DNA of 64,000 nt from Squalus acanthias (Eukaryota): NCBI GenBank assembly GCA_030390025.1, contig CM059445.1:48236001-48300000 (forward strand), written 5' to 3'. The notes under the pieces are model-generated. The model had not been told where the DNA came from, did no database searches, and saw nothing but the letters and a program-made list of their open reading frames with translations. The position numbers were made by a program, and so were the translations under genes. Every line of letters starts with the position of its first letter. Position 1 is the stretch's first letter. Of this stretch, positions 1 to 12,930 are shown piece by piece.

Positions 1-2861
1 AAGGGGGGTGGTATCCTGCTATATTTTATATTATTTATTGTACCATTGTCCACTTATCCAAAACCCTGCATAATTTGAAAGTTATCTTATACAATCCGAT
101 TAGAATTTATATAACACTCAGTATGATTGAATATGTAGGACAAGACCTGTAGGAATCTCATAGGAATTTGGGGTAGGACATCCTTTTATTAGGAAAGAGC
201 ACTGTGGTGTATTCCAGTCTGACTGAAATGTGGTAATTCTTTGCTGAAGGATAAAAGGATGGGAATTGGATTTTCATAGGAACATAAGAAATAGGAGCAG
301 GAGCAGGCCATTCCGCCCTTCGAGCCTACTCCACTATTCAATATGATCATAGCTGATCTTCTTCCGCAAAAGAGACCTTTTCAATTATGAATTTGGGTAT
401 CATGGTACATACTGGTGCCATTATATTTGTTAATTTATCTTAGCACGTTGTAACAGCAAGAATTTAATTGAACAAGACAACAAAAGTTAATTGGCTACTG
501 TGAACAAGAAATTAGTCAGCACTGGTATAAAAATAGCCATTCTGTCGATTTGATAGAATACATATCTGAATTGTTTCCTTGATAAAGAGAAATTATGACT
601 AGGGTATAACATTAGCTGCCATTAGTGTTTTCTTGTTCTGCCTGCATCTAGTTTATACTGCTAGCTAACTACTGTAGCCAAAATGGGGCTGTGATTCTAT
701 AGAATTTTTTTTTCCACAGCATCATAATGTTTACAGTCCAGAAGGCGGCCATTTGGTCTTAATGTACCTTTGTCAGTTTTCTGAAAGACCTTTCCAATTA
801 GTCCCATTCCCCAGCCCTTTCCCTATACCCCTTTTAAATTTTTCCTTTAAAAATATTTTCCCTACTTTTAAAGGCTATTTTGGACTCTGCTTCCAACATG
901 GTCTCTGTGTAAAAATAATAATTCCCCTATCCTCGCCCTTTGTTATTTTGGTGTTCATCTTAAATATATGCCCTTTAGTTGCCAGCTCACTGCCTCCTTA
1001 CAGCAGATCACCTCTGTTATCAAATTCAAAATATCCAAACCTTAGAAACTATACTGTGATATTAGTGTACAAACACTTAATGCATTTAACCAGTTTTAAT
1101 GCCTCAATTAAAATAGAAGACAAAGTAATCTCATAGAGATGTTAAATGTACATTAATATCAGAAAGCAAAATTTCTAGGCACTAGATTTTTTCTCTGACT
1201 ATTTTGTGGGATGTAGGAATCTAATCCATTTGACCAAACCACCAGATTTTCAGAACTTGTCATTTTAAGTTGTTATAAGGCATCAGTGTTATTCTTCTAA
1301 AAACTGTAAAGGACCCAACATATTTTGTAGCTAGCCCATATGTAATTATTTGGCACTTTATTACAGAGCAGAAGGATCTTTGCATGTTATTTATTTTTAT
1401 GATGTGAAATTAGTGTCTCCAAAAGTAATTAAATGCAAATGCCACAATATAGTTAAAAGCCTTAAATTGATCACATCAAATCTCCATGGTGCCAAAAGAA
1501 TGATTCATAGATATAATTCAACCATTGCAATAAACAGAGCACAGAGGCGCTGACAGCATGACCATTATCCTTGACAATCTGGGCAGTATTTTAAAATAAT
1601 TAAACATAAAACGTTTCAATATCCTTTAAAAACTCAGTGCATAGCTGAGTTACGTTAAGGAGATCCAGCGGTTTCTTATTTCATTTTATTTTGCACAAAG
1701 GAGAAAAATGCTTGAGAATGGGGCTTGCCAATCATCACTGGATGTTTGAATTCTCAGCAGTGAGTGATGCCAGGGCTGGAATGTCACTGATTGCTGGTAT
1801 GTACATGTCTGTGCTTTTTAAATTTGTGATGGACTGTGAAAATTAAAAGATGCTGTAAACACTGGCAAACACCAAATAAAACAACTCATCCAGATAAAGA
1901 AAGTGATGGTATTAAAAGATTCTCATAGCTTACTGTAAAGGTCCTCAGCAGAATTGCTGCAGTGTTTTGTGGATTATACTCTTAATTTTCTCTCATAATT
2001 AAACATAAAAATATGGCATGATGAAGATCCCTTCAGCAGAGCTGAATCCAGCTGGAGACAAGGTAATAAGGACATACATTTTGTGATATTTTGAGATTAT
2101 AGAGAAGTACTAATGGGCAAGTCACTGATTCCCCACTGCATGCTCCAGTAGTTCTGGTCATGATTTGCAGTGCCTGCTGCACTTACACATGACTTTATTT
2201 TCACCTTGCACCGTGTCTGCTTGATAGTAACTCCTTTTCTTTCCAGATTCAAATGCGTTTGCTTTCTGGTCATTGCAACATTCAGCCCCTCGAGCCTGTT
2301 CCGCCATTCAATCAGATCATGGCTGATCTTGTACCTCTACTACATTTGTTCCCTATCCCTCGATACCCTTACCTAACAAAAATCTATCGATTTCAGTCTT
2401 GGTCACGCCAATAGGGATATAATTAAAACCTATTGCCCGGATGGATGCAGTTTTCAAGCCTCTATGAAACACTTTCAAGTCTTTCTACTTTAATGGACTT
2501 TTTACTCTGTGCAAACAAAATATATTCCTTGTCTGCCCACGATGCTTAAAGCTAAGGTTAACTATTGTCAGGTGATATTGCACCTATTCAGTCAGCCTGA
2601 AACATTAGACAAAAGTCTTAGGTCGCCCTTCAATAGATATGACCTATTCATGCAATGAGCAATGCATTTCCTTTGGTTAAAAAATAATAATTAATTAACA
2701 GGCCAGCTCCGAACACAGAATGTAATGGATCATCGGGATGAAGTATTTTTGGGATCCGACATTATAGTAAGATACTAGAAAATATCTCAAAGAAATACAA
2801 ATGTAACTCAACTTATATTGATAGACTTGGTGAAACCATAGCCATACATTACTGAAACAGG

Positions 2862-3002
2862 AGCAAAATACCGCGGACACTCAAAATCTGAAATAAAAAC
2901 AGAAAATGCTGGAAACACTCAGCAGGTCAGGCAGCATCTGCGGAGAGAGAAACAGATGCTGCCTGACCTGATGAGTGTTTCCAGCGTTTTCAGTTTTTAT
3001 TT
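2862..3002. mobile_element. Short palindromic family A remnant without the hammerhead core
   Basis: AAACAGAAAATGCTGGAAACACTCAGCAGGTCAGGCAGCATCTG followed by its imperfect reverse complement; homologous to 17088-17325. Confidence 0.7.
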
Positions 3003-3044
3003 ATTATATCTGTAAATTACAGTCTATTCTAAGGAGGTACTTAC

Positions 3045-3208
3045 TTTGGGTTCAAATACTTTAAAGTCGCTTCTCCCTCTGACACGGCAGAATAGTTTAC
3101 ACCGATCTATCGGGGACACGCCAGAGTATTTGGGTATCCATTTATCAGCATTGACAACCAAGTCTTTGCTGTTGTACTTTTCACACTGCTCCTCTCTGAA
3201 ACTTTTCC
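3045..3208 (-). CDS. ADAMTS8: ADAMTS8-like coding exon 6 (cysteine-rich domain); not in the supplied ORF track
   Basis: Translated by hand: acaatag|GG then [54 protein letters not shown], then |gtaagt; 164 bp, phase fits exon 5. No later exon recognised in 1-3044. Confidence 0.92.
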
Positions 3209-3977
3209 CTATTGTAAAATAAACAGAGTCTAAAAGTTATTTTCTTTGGGAGTGAGTTCTATCCTTATTTTAAAATATTTACTCTATTGTAATGTGACTC
3301 AGATCCAAACTGGCAAAACCATGGTTTCTTCTCAGAGCACAATCTGTGTGCCAGACAAAACTATAAAGGGCTTATATTTCTGTAAGGAACAAGATTGAAG
3401 TGGCCTTGCTCCTTTCAAACCTCTAATGCAACATTTTAGAAAAGAGCAAAATGCAAATTAATTTGTAGCATTACTAGACAGCATTGGCATCCCTTATGCG
3501 AATAGCCCCATTTCAAGACTGTCAGAGCAATGTAGGGGAACTTTCCATTGCACCTACCATATCTGACCTGAATACCTGATGCTGTAACTGGGTCTAACAT
3601 GCGAACATTTCCCATTCCTCAGCACCATCATCCATCAGTTCAGGAGCACAATTAACCAAAAGTATTTCAACTCTCACAATCGATTCGATACTACATATGT
3701 GGTTAATTTGCAGTTAAGTATTTGTTTGTAACAAAGACCTTGGGTCATGAGCATGACCACTTTTTATTGTGAAATTATATATCACAAAAACCTGGAATTG
3801 AGTGGTGGAATATGGAAGAATAAATCAAATCCTGATGTCATGAAGCATGTCACCCATTTACACTTCCGGGTTGTACATTTCATCTTCCTTGTGTCATTGC
3901 AACTAACATCCCATAGTCCACCATTCCATACTGACAATTCTACAAGTATTCTTAAATGACTAAAATAATCCATTTAC

Positions 3978-4164
3978 CATTGTTATTCGGGCAATCTTGT
4001 GTATTGCAGGAACGGTACCGTCTTCGCTGTCCTTCACAATATTTTCCGCCATTTTGAGGCACTGGATCATTGCATTCTCTGAATGAATACTGCACACCTC
4101 CACCACAAGTCCTGGAACATTCACCCCAGGGACTCCAAGATCCCCAGCTTCCCTGGACAACAGT
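3978..4164 (-). CDS. ADAMTS8: ADAMTS8-like coding exon 5 (central thrombospondin type 1 repeat)
   Basis: ttgcag|ACT acceptor; [39 protein letters not shown]; G|gtaaat donor; 187 bp. Confidence 0.94.
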
Positions 4165-4660
4165 CTGCAAGAGATGCAAAAACTCATCACCCACTTATCT
4201 GATTACATGCGGTTTCAGGAGGCCACACCTATAGATTTTTAGTAAAATTATGTAATTACGTGCATTACAAGAATTATCTTGTAATTAAACCTCAATTAGT
4301 TGAGCAGAAGCTTAAAGAAGGCAGCTCCCATCAAAGCACTTCCAATTTTCTACCAAGGCTGTTGTTTTCAATTTTTTTTAATGCATCACTAACTTTGCCT
4401 TGTATTCCAATAGTGCTTTTTCGAGTGATTCCCCACCATCATTTATGATGTTCCTTGCCTTGAACTCCCTCACCCCATTAAATATACATCGAGGAAAGGA
4501 AAGTCTGTAAGATTGCAGCTATGAAACAGAGAATAATGATTCGAGATGTAGCAGGAATTGGGTGAAGCAGTAGGTTTATACATTGTCCTAAGACGGGATT
4601 TAAATCCAACCCAAACACCTTCCCACTTATGGCACACTGTGTCAGTATCAAGAACTCCTC

Positions 4661-5435
4661 GGCCAAGAATATAATGGCCAGCAGCAGCGAAGCGAAAGCG
4701 TTCGCTGTGGCCCCGAAGTACGCTCCGCACAGGGATTTTGCAATTCCTGAGTCGAGAACTTCTGACCTTGAATTCAATTTAATGGAACTTAATGGGGATC
4801 CCCTTGTGCGAAGTGCTGTGACGTCAACAAGCTGTCTAAGCAGCCAATCAAAAGGTAGAATTCTCACAGACAGCGAACAAGGAAGTGAGCAAGCTCTTAA
4901 TATTCTAGCTTTTTAAAATAGTCAGAGAGAGCAAAAGAGAGATTGGGGGTCTCACATGGGGCAAAGGCAAACCTAAAATAAAGATGCCCAAACTTAAAAA
5001 AAACACATTTAAAAACATATTTTTGAAAAGTTGCTTCAAAAATTATAATTTTTATGAAAATGGACAAATTTCACACTGCACAAAATTAAAATTAGTTTTC
5101 CAGGCCCTTAACATTTGTTTAGCAGTAATAACGCTGTCAAAACCCCAGTTACACCTAATCCCTTTGGGTCTAACTTTCAATGGGGAATTTAACAGCGTAA
5201 TTACTGCGGAAGCGCCAAAGTTTCATCAGTTTCAATGATTTACGAGATGTCACTGATTGCCGGCTGTGTGTGTGTGTGTGGGGGGAGGGGGTGGGGGTCA
5301 CAGCGCAGCCAGTTTCGGAGCTGTCATTGACAGACCGCAACTTGCGCCAAATCCCGAAGTTGCGGTCAGTTTCAACGGCGGTGTGACGGAGTATTCTGAG
5401 AGTACGCCGTCATACCGACCGCAAATTCAGGGCCA
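4661..5435. mobile_element. MITE-like element, subfamily M1
   Basis: Collinear with 56881-57650; ends GACCGCAAATTCAGGGCC; GC-rich ends, AT-rich core, no credible ORF. Confidence 0.78.
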
Positions 5436-6495
5436 TTGTCCAATGCAAATTAAAGTTCCCTGTACTCTGCCCCAACTATAGGTCATAATTTCAAATCTGC
5501 AGGTACTGTAGCAGTGTGAATTTTCCTCCTGAGTCAGAGAGATATCTTTGAGGGAACTTGGGCCAAACTGTGGGCAGTTTTGTTCTGTGTACCTGTGACA
5601 GGTTGATGCTAAATAGCTTTTGCATGGGACACTTACAGGAAGCAAAGAGAGAAGACTTTCACCCCATCAGTTTGGACTGGATTTAAACTGAGTACCAGGA
5701 CATTACGTGAATCTACTGCTCCAGCCAATGTCTACTGCTGCTCTGTCTATCTGACTGTCTTTCATTTTTATGCTCATTCTGTTTCATAGCTGCAACCTTA
5801 CGTTATCTGATCAGTACATTAATATCAAATGACAACATATAATTTCAAAGTAATACAACAATATTGAAATTTACAAGTCTGCAATTACTTAAAATTCAGT
5901 ATTCACTCTATATAAGTGAAACACAAATAAGAGTTATCAACCTTACTATCACTTTACAAATGTCCCTGTGTGGATAACAGTATGGGGGGGGGAGGGGGTA
6001 ATCTTCAATTGCCAGCTGCCCATTTCTTGCCTGAAAAACAAGTAGCAGGCTGTTAAAAATTGGGGGGGGGGGTGGGGGGAGAGGGGCACCTTGGACATCT
6101 CTTGGATGCCCCAGGCCCACCTGATGTGATTTCCAGGCAGCCCTGCAAATGGGTGAACAGCATGCCCGCTTGTTTTGGGTGGGAGGCAGTTCAAATATGC
6201 AGATCGAGGCCCTATGCCATTGTACCGCAGCACACCTTGTACTATGAGAGCGTCCCTGGGACCAAAGGAACTACTGTTCTGAATAAATTGTGACTGTGTT
6301 TTATTGTTATTACTTTTTCAGCTCTCTATTCTAATCATGATTTGTATATACTTAAAATCGTATGCTTTAAAAAATCAATTAAAACATTGAAATTTGAGGT
6401 TTTAAATTCAGGATGCTTTTCATTAAAACAATGATTTTTTCTCCAACTGGAACACAGTCAAAAATAACCTCGGGAAAAAAAAACCCACACCTTAC

Positions 6496-6791
6496 CTTTA
6501 TGCGAGTTACCTCGTCGGTGCCTATACACGCGCCATCGACACAGATTCTGTTCTGCCCACACGGAGTCCCATCTCCCCACAGGAGGCTTCCGTTTTTAGT
6601 ATGGCACTCAGTAGGTTGATCCTCAATCCTGCACCACAGCTGAGAACACACATCGGAGTCTGATGTGTTCGGACAGTGTTGGTACTCCTCTCCGAAAATC
6701 TGCTGGCACTGCATGTCTAAGTCGTATGCCTGCCCTGGCAGCTCAGTGGGCAATGGAACGGATTTAACAGGAGCGTCGAGCAGACAGTCAC
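6496..6791 (-). CDS. ADAMTS8: ADAMTS8-like coding exon 4 (disintegrin-like domain)
   Basis: ttcacag|GT acceptor; DCLLDAP...LPGQAYDLDMQCQQIFG...CHTKNGSLLWGDGTPCG; AAG|gtaag donor; 296 bp. Confidence 0.93.
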
Positions 6792-8368
6792 CTGTGAACA
6801 GCACCAGATTCAATCAAGCACTTTGTTTATACTTTGCATATTTAAAGGAATTGTATATTTTTTCCAAACGAGTATATTCTAGCTTGACAATAATACTTAT
6901 TTTTATATAGATATATATAGGTCAGATATTTTTCAGTGCATGACATTATGCCCCGAACTTAGTCCTTTTTGCGCCCGTTTTACACCTGTTTCTATGCCGA
7001 CATCTACAGGGAACATCAAAACTGCATCATCCCACTCATCTGCAAGTACATTTCCTAATTGAATAACTGACTGTAGTATGTCACTGATAGTGGCCATTGG
7101 GTAATTTCAGCCCAGAAGCCCCATATCCCCAACAGGGAGTTGCTGCAGAATGGACTAGGGAAAGAGGAAAATACCGGGGAGAAGGAAATCAGTTGGCGTT
7201 CTAATAATAATTGAACATTCAATTGTCAAAACCATTTTTTTTTGCATCTTTTGCAATTAGGTAGGGCTGGGAGCACCAACAGTAGCTCTTCCCGATAGCG
7301 TGTGTCCATTATTAGATCTATGATTGTCAAGCTAGTAATCCAGATGCTTGTTTCAAATATTAAAGGGGATTAAATTGGTCTACACCAGTAGTACGAAGTG
7401 GGCTCATAGCGAATTGGTCACCAGTTTTACACCGCGCACGATTTTCTTTGCATTGAAGTCAATGGGCTGTCGATTCATTACAAGCCCGTTTCGTGCTACA
7501 GCTGTCGAGCAATTTCACCTTGCAAGATTCCAATACTGGACTCATGAAATTCCAGTAGGGGAAAAAAGGTTACAGTAATGGTATTGTGGTCTCATATATT
7601 GGCATACTTAATAAATATGGTATCAGTATTTACTAAAATAAAAATAGAAAATATTGCACCTGAAAGAGAAAAAATATTTTAGGCGGAATCCCCCATAACT
7701 GAAACAGTTATCTATCTTTCTATTTTGGATCCCGTTTGTCTTGCTCTGTATTTCCATAATTTCCTTTTTGTTTCACTATTACGTAAGTAGACTAATACTG
7801 AATCACACTTCATTTTGATTCTATTAGCACACTGTACAATCTGAACAGCTTTTCTATAATGCCCAATCGATTAGAAGATACTGGGGTCAGTTAGAACTAT
7901 TATTGTATGAGCAGCTCTCATTTTAGCAGATTCTCAATATCCTTGTTCTGCCTTGAGTTGCAATGTTAAGCATTAGATTTGCTACAGTATGTCGGCGCCA
8001 GACCAGTGCCATTAAAAACTACTGCGAAATTAAGAAATAACATGGTGTAGGTGGGAAGTTCAAACTCCAGCTGGTGAAGTTGAACTGTGGACACAATCCC
8101 ATAGCACAGCACAAATTTGGAGACTGCAGCCTTGAAATGGCGTTATAGGATACAACACTTAACATGCTTGTTCAAAATTCCCCTCTCTGCTTTTTTAGCA
8201 GAGCTGTTAACCAGTTTAAAATAAATGAGTTAATACTTCCACTAAAATAGCAGAGGAAGGGATTTCAGATGAACACATTAAGCATTCGAACACTATCACT
8301 TCATAGTGTAACTTTAGGGCCCAGAAATGGGGAGGAGTCTCTTCAGAGGGACTTGCAAACAAATACTG

Positions 8369-9127
8369 GGCCGTATTTTGCGACCCCCTACGGGTGCGTA
8401 CGAGGTGTGTACGCGCCCGTAGGGGCCGCGCAAGTTCCAGGTTTAGGTATGCGAAGTGCATGCGCTAAAATCCGGAACTTGCGATCTGTCAAGAATCTTC
8501 TTGACAGATCCTCCGTATCCCCGGGAAAAGGGCCTCTGCGGGTGGAGAGTTGCGCTATTTGCCCAACTTCCGCCCGCTGAATGCCCGTGAAATTCTTACG
8601 CCTGGTAAAAACAGGCGTAAGGCCTGCTTTTACCAGTATAAGAGTTTTAAAAAATAGAAATAGAAAAATAAAATTTTATCACTCATTTATACATTAAAAA
8701 CCATGTCCAGTAAGTTAAGTTTATTTTTAGCCCCGTTAAAGCATATTTTTTTTTCAAAAAATTAAATTTTCATTTAAAATATTTACATTTGCATTAATTT
8801 TAAATATGTAATTTTTTTAAATTTCATGTGGTCGTGTATTTTTTAAGTGATCCCCATTCATACTTATGGGGATTCCGTAAATACAGAACTCCCATAAGTA
8901 TGAATGGGGATTCCCTTCTTTTATTGGTTGGGGCGGCCCACGTGATTCCAGGGGCGCCTGCGAACCGCCTGCGCCCCTGGGATAAGTGGGCCTCTGCCCG
9001 CGTGTGCCCGGAGAGGCCCAGGGATCGCAAGCCTCCATACCTCCCGGGCCACCAGGTACATTCGTAGATTTTTTACAGGTCGGAGACATCCGCCCGCAGG
9101 AAGCCTCCGATCGCAAATTTTGGGCCA
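8369..9127. mobile_element. MITE-like element, subfamily M2
   Basis: Termini GGGCCGTATTTTGCGA and TCGCAAATTTTGGGCC; internal palindrome GATCTGTCAAG-N6-CTTGACAGATC; homologous to the 11771, 12736 and 48952 copies. Confidence 0.8.
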
Positions 9128-10290
9128 TGATTTATTATAACCAGTGTCTGAAGCTCTGAAGGAGGGTATCAGGCTTGCTATAAGTTCATTCTCTTCATCA
9201 GCTTTGCCCCTGGCCACAGTGCACTAAATGGCTATCACCAGGTATTTTCATCTTAGAGAGCCTGTTTATCATATGCAGCTATCAAAGGATAAAATGTATT
9301 TACAGAATTGCAGCACACTTTTTGTGATACTACAAATTGTGGATAAAGATGTGTATAAAGATGCATATTCACAACCCAGTTTATGAACTAGACATTCTGT
9401 AGAATGATCAACCTATTTGCACCTACTGACTGCCAAAGAAAATAAATCTCAGTTGTAAGTGGATTCAATTGACTTGTGCGCCAAGTTCTTTTTTCTCTGT
9501 CCATGTATGTTCCTGTGCCAACTTTATTGGCAGTCAGGAAAACAAACTTCATTCAACTAGGGATCTGGGAACATGGCATCTGAAGCGTTTACTGACACAT
9601 ATTGCATGGTTAACCATGCATGCATAATTTGTGTTAAAATGGTTTAAACAGGTGGGTTTTGGCTATACATAGCTCTAAATTTGTATGTTCAGTATCTTTT
9701 TTTACTTAATTGTTTTTGTGCATATACTCAGTTTGGGAATGAAAAATTACTTCCCATTTACACACAAATATATCGAAAGTCACAAGTTAGGTACAGCATG
9801 GCTAAGATACAATTCCGTTAATCTTGCTCCCCCAGGTACACAGACCCACATTATCCTAGCACTAGGTCTAAATCCCACTTTCCACAGTATCAGCATGACT
9901 TTTTTGTTTCCCAAACTACTATCGATATAGTCTGTCTGAGCGAGCTTATGGATTTGAGCCAATCAATGCAAATTTGAGGATGGCTTTAGGCTGAAAATCC
10001 ATGGCATTTGGAAACTGAATCAAGATATGTAGTTCTGTTAACCATGTAATGGCACTACTAGCAAACAACCATAACAACATTTACATTTTTCCTTGGTTGC
10101 AAAATATGGGGGATTTTAACCAATATTTAGATATAAAGAAGTCCCAATGAACTTTGCAATAGATTCCAAAGGTATATCTCATATAAACTGGAAATAAGCT
10201 GTTCTTCAATACGAGATATACGGCAGTTACACATGTTTCACCAAAGCCTAGAAGACAACCACTCCACCATATTGCAGTTGACTCACTTAC

Positions 10291-10458
10291 CATGACCATT
10301 GTCAAAGAACTCTGTGATATAAAATGCACTGCAAGGAGACCAAGGCAGAGTTCTGTTGAGGCGGACAAACAAGGGAGCCATCATATGGTTTTTCCCTATC
10401 TGACCAAAAAGCTTATCACATGTCCTTGAGTCATCATGTGGCATGCTCAATTCGTGAC
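10291..10458 (-). CDS. ADAMTS8: ADAMTS8-like coding exon 3 (second and third zinc-binding His, Met-turn)
   Basis: tttgacag|GT acceptor; HELSMPHDDSRTC...HMMAP...WSPCSAFYITEFFDNGHG; G|gtaagt donor; 168 bp, phase 1-1. Confidence 0.93.
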
Positions 10459-10644
10459 CTGTCAAAATGAGAAAATATTAATTTATTCAAATCCAGACTG
10501 AAGACAGCCAAAACAGTACAATTACTATACTATAACCTGCTAAATATACTGATAGCATGAAGCCATTCTAAAATAATTATGGATCAATTTTGGGAACTTT
10601 AGTGGTTATGGTATCATTTTTAACAATCGAACAGTACTTTTAAT

Positions 10645-10918
10645 AAAAGACTTACATTCATAGAGTGCCTTCACGACCACCAGACGTACCAAAGCGCTTT
10701 ACAGCCAATGAGGTACTTTTTTTGAAGTGCAGTCACTGTTGCAATGTAGGAAACGCGGCAGCCAATTTGCGCACAGCAAGCTCCCACAAACAGCACTGTG
10801 ATAATGACCAGTTTTAGTGATGCTGATTGAGGGATAAATATTGGCTAGGACACCAGGGATAACTCCCCTACTCTTTGAAATCGTGCCATGGGATCTTTAA
10901 CGTCCACCTGAGAGGGTA
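10645..10918 (-). mobile_element. SacSINE1-like 3' portion
   Basis: Reverse complement of the 34440-34690 segment. Confidence 0.75.
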
Positions 10919-11562
10919 AAACTGATCATTTGGGAATAGGCAAGAATAAACCTCTTATATATTTTATATTTAAAAAAAAAATCTTTTTAGAAATCTAAAG
11001 TCATGCTACATTCCATTATATAGTTACTAACAAGACATACTGGAACTTAAACAGCATGCTAGCTGCTGATAGACTTCCTGTCTGAAGAACTAAAGAGCCA
11101 TCAGAATTGTTGATCAATGACTTCAGATAAAAAGATGTTGTCGTTGATCCAAGTGTAGAATTCCATTATATCAAGTCATTTCCCATTCACCCTATTGTAT
11201 AGTATTCCAGATCCAGGAATAATACTGAAATGTATCATTCAAATCCAAGTGTAAACATGCTTCCCAACTATTTGTGATTAATGACTCACTATGTTGAATA
11301 TGGCCAGCCCAGCATACCTTCTGCACACTAAACATCTCTTGACAAAGTTCACATTAAGTACAATAATAGTGTTTGAACTTAGATTAAATTCAAGGCGGGG
11401 TGATTTAGTGGTACGCATATAACAAAAAGCTTCATATTCCAATTAGAAGTTCACAGAAATCTTAATTCAAGCATAATGAAACTCAAATGTAAACTGCCTA
11501 AAAAATATCAGAATCCATTGCACTTTTAATATTTGGTAGTTTTAACAAACTTTTCCTTTTCC

Positions 11563-11751
11563 ACATCACTAAAAACAGGTTATCTGGTCATTATCACATT
11601 GCTGTTTGTGGGAGCTTGCTGTGCGCAAATTGGCTGCCGCGTTTCCTACATTACAACAGTGACTACACTTCAAAAAAGTACTTCATTGGTTGTAAAGCGC
11701 TTTGGGATGTCCTGAGGTCGTGAAAGACGCTATATAAATGCAAGTCTTTCA
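11563..11751 (+). mobile_element. SacSINE1-like 3' portion
   Basis: ACATCACTAAAAACAGGTTATCTGGTCATTATCAC...GCTATATAAATGCAAGTCTTTC. Confidence 0.75.
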
Positions 11752-11770
11752 TTCACTCACTCAATATAAC

Positions 11771-12529
11771 GGCCCATATATTCCGATCACAGGCCTCCCG
11801 CGGGCGGAGGACTGCGATCTGGAAAAATCTGCGCCCTTACCTGAGGGCTCCCTGGACGCACACAATTCCGATGCTGGGCCTCTCCAAACTGCCAGTGCGC
11901 AGGGCCCACGTATCCCAGAGGCGCAGGTAGTTCGCAGCGTCCCTGGGATCACGTGGGCCATGGGGAGCCAATCACAGAAGGGAGTCTCCCTTCATACATT
12001 TGACAGGAAGACCTGACAAATATATGAATGGAGATCACCCCCAAAACATAGTAAAACTTTAAATACATTAAAAAAAAAATCACATTTTTAAAATGACTTG
12101 AAATTACAATAAATTAAATATTTTAAACAAAAATTTAAATTTTTGAAAAAAATAATTAAAGTTTTTTATGGGGCTAAAAATAAACTTACCTTTTTATAAA
12201 GTATTTTTAAATGATAAATTAGTGAAAAAAAAAATTTTTTAAACTTTTTTCAACTCTTATCCTGGTAAAAACAGGCCTTACGTCTACTTTTACCAGGCAC
12301 AAGAATTGTAAGGGTTTTCTGCGGGCGGAGGGTCTCCAAAAAGCAGAACTATCCGCCCGCAGAGGCCCTTCTCCTGGGCAGCCGGAGGATCTGTCAAGAG
12401 CTTTCTTGACAGATCGGAAATGCCGGTTTCCAGCGCATGCACTCTGCATGCCTGAAACCGGCACTTCTGACGTCCCTACGGGTGAGTACACAGCGCGTAC
12501 CCACCCGTAGGGATCGGAATATCCGGCCC
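11771..12529. mobile_element. MITE-like element, subfamily M2, inverted relative to the 8369 copy
   Basis: Termini GGCCCATATATTCCGATC and GATCGGAATATCCGGCCC; its right end is the reverse complement of the left end of 8369-9127. Confidence 0.8.
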
Positions 12530-12735
12530 AATGACTTCATTCAATATAATGATAATAAGATTAAGATATTCCAGGTTTTTGTTGTTGGCGCTATATGTGA
12601 ATTGGAGAACTAGAGGATACCAATGCTTTTGTTGAGGAACACCAAGAGGGGTGCAAAGCAAGTGTGCAACTTGAAGGTTGTTATACTATACTAACAGTTT
12701 GAGACCAGTATCTATTTCCACTGATGCAAGGTAGT

Positions 12736-12930
12736 GGGCCATAATTTGTGGCCCCTACGGGTGCGTACGAGGTGCGCACGCACCTGTAAGGGTCACGCAA
12801 GTTCCAGGTTTAGGCATGCGCTGTGCATGTGCTAAATCCCGGAACTTGCGATCCGCATCCCTGGGAAAAGGGCATCCGTGGGCGGAGAGTTCTTCTGCCC
12901 AGCGAATGCCCGTGAAATTCTTACGCCTGG
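12736..12930. mobile_element. Truncated M2 copy, same orientation as 8369
   Basis: GGGCCATAATTTGTGGCCCCTACGGGTGCGTACGAGG...AAATTCTTACGCCTGGT. Confidence 0.72.

Noticed and set aside
1-3044. Further ADAMTS8 exons (expected V.DGT.C... exon and spacer domain)
   Set aside because: No matching peptide with splice sites found by eye; probably outside the window. Likewise no GDCLLD exon for ADAMTS15 in 61540-64000.
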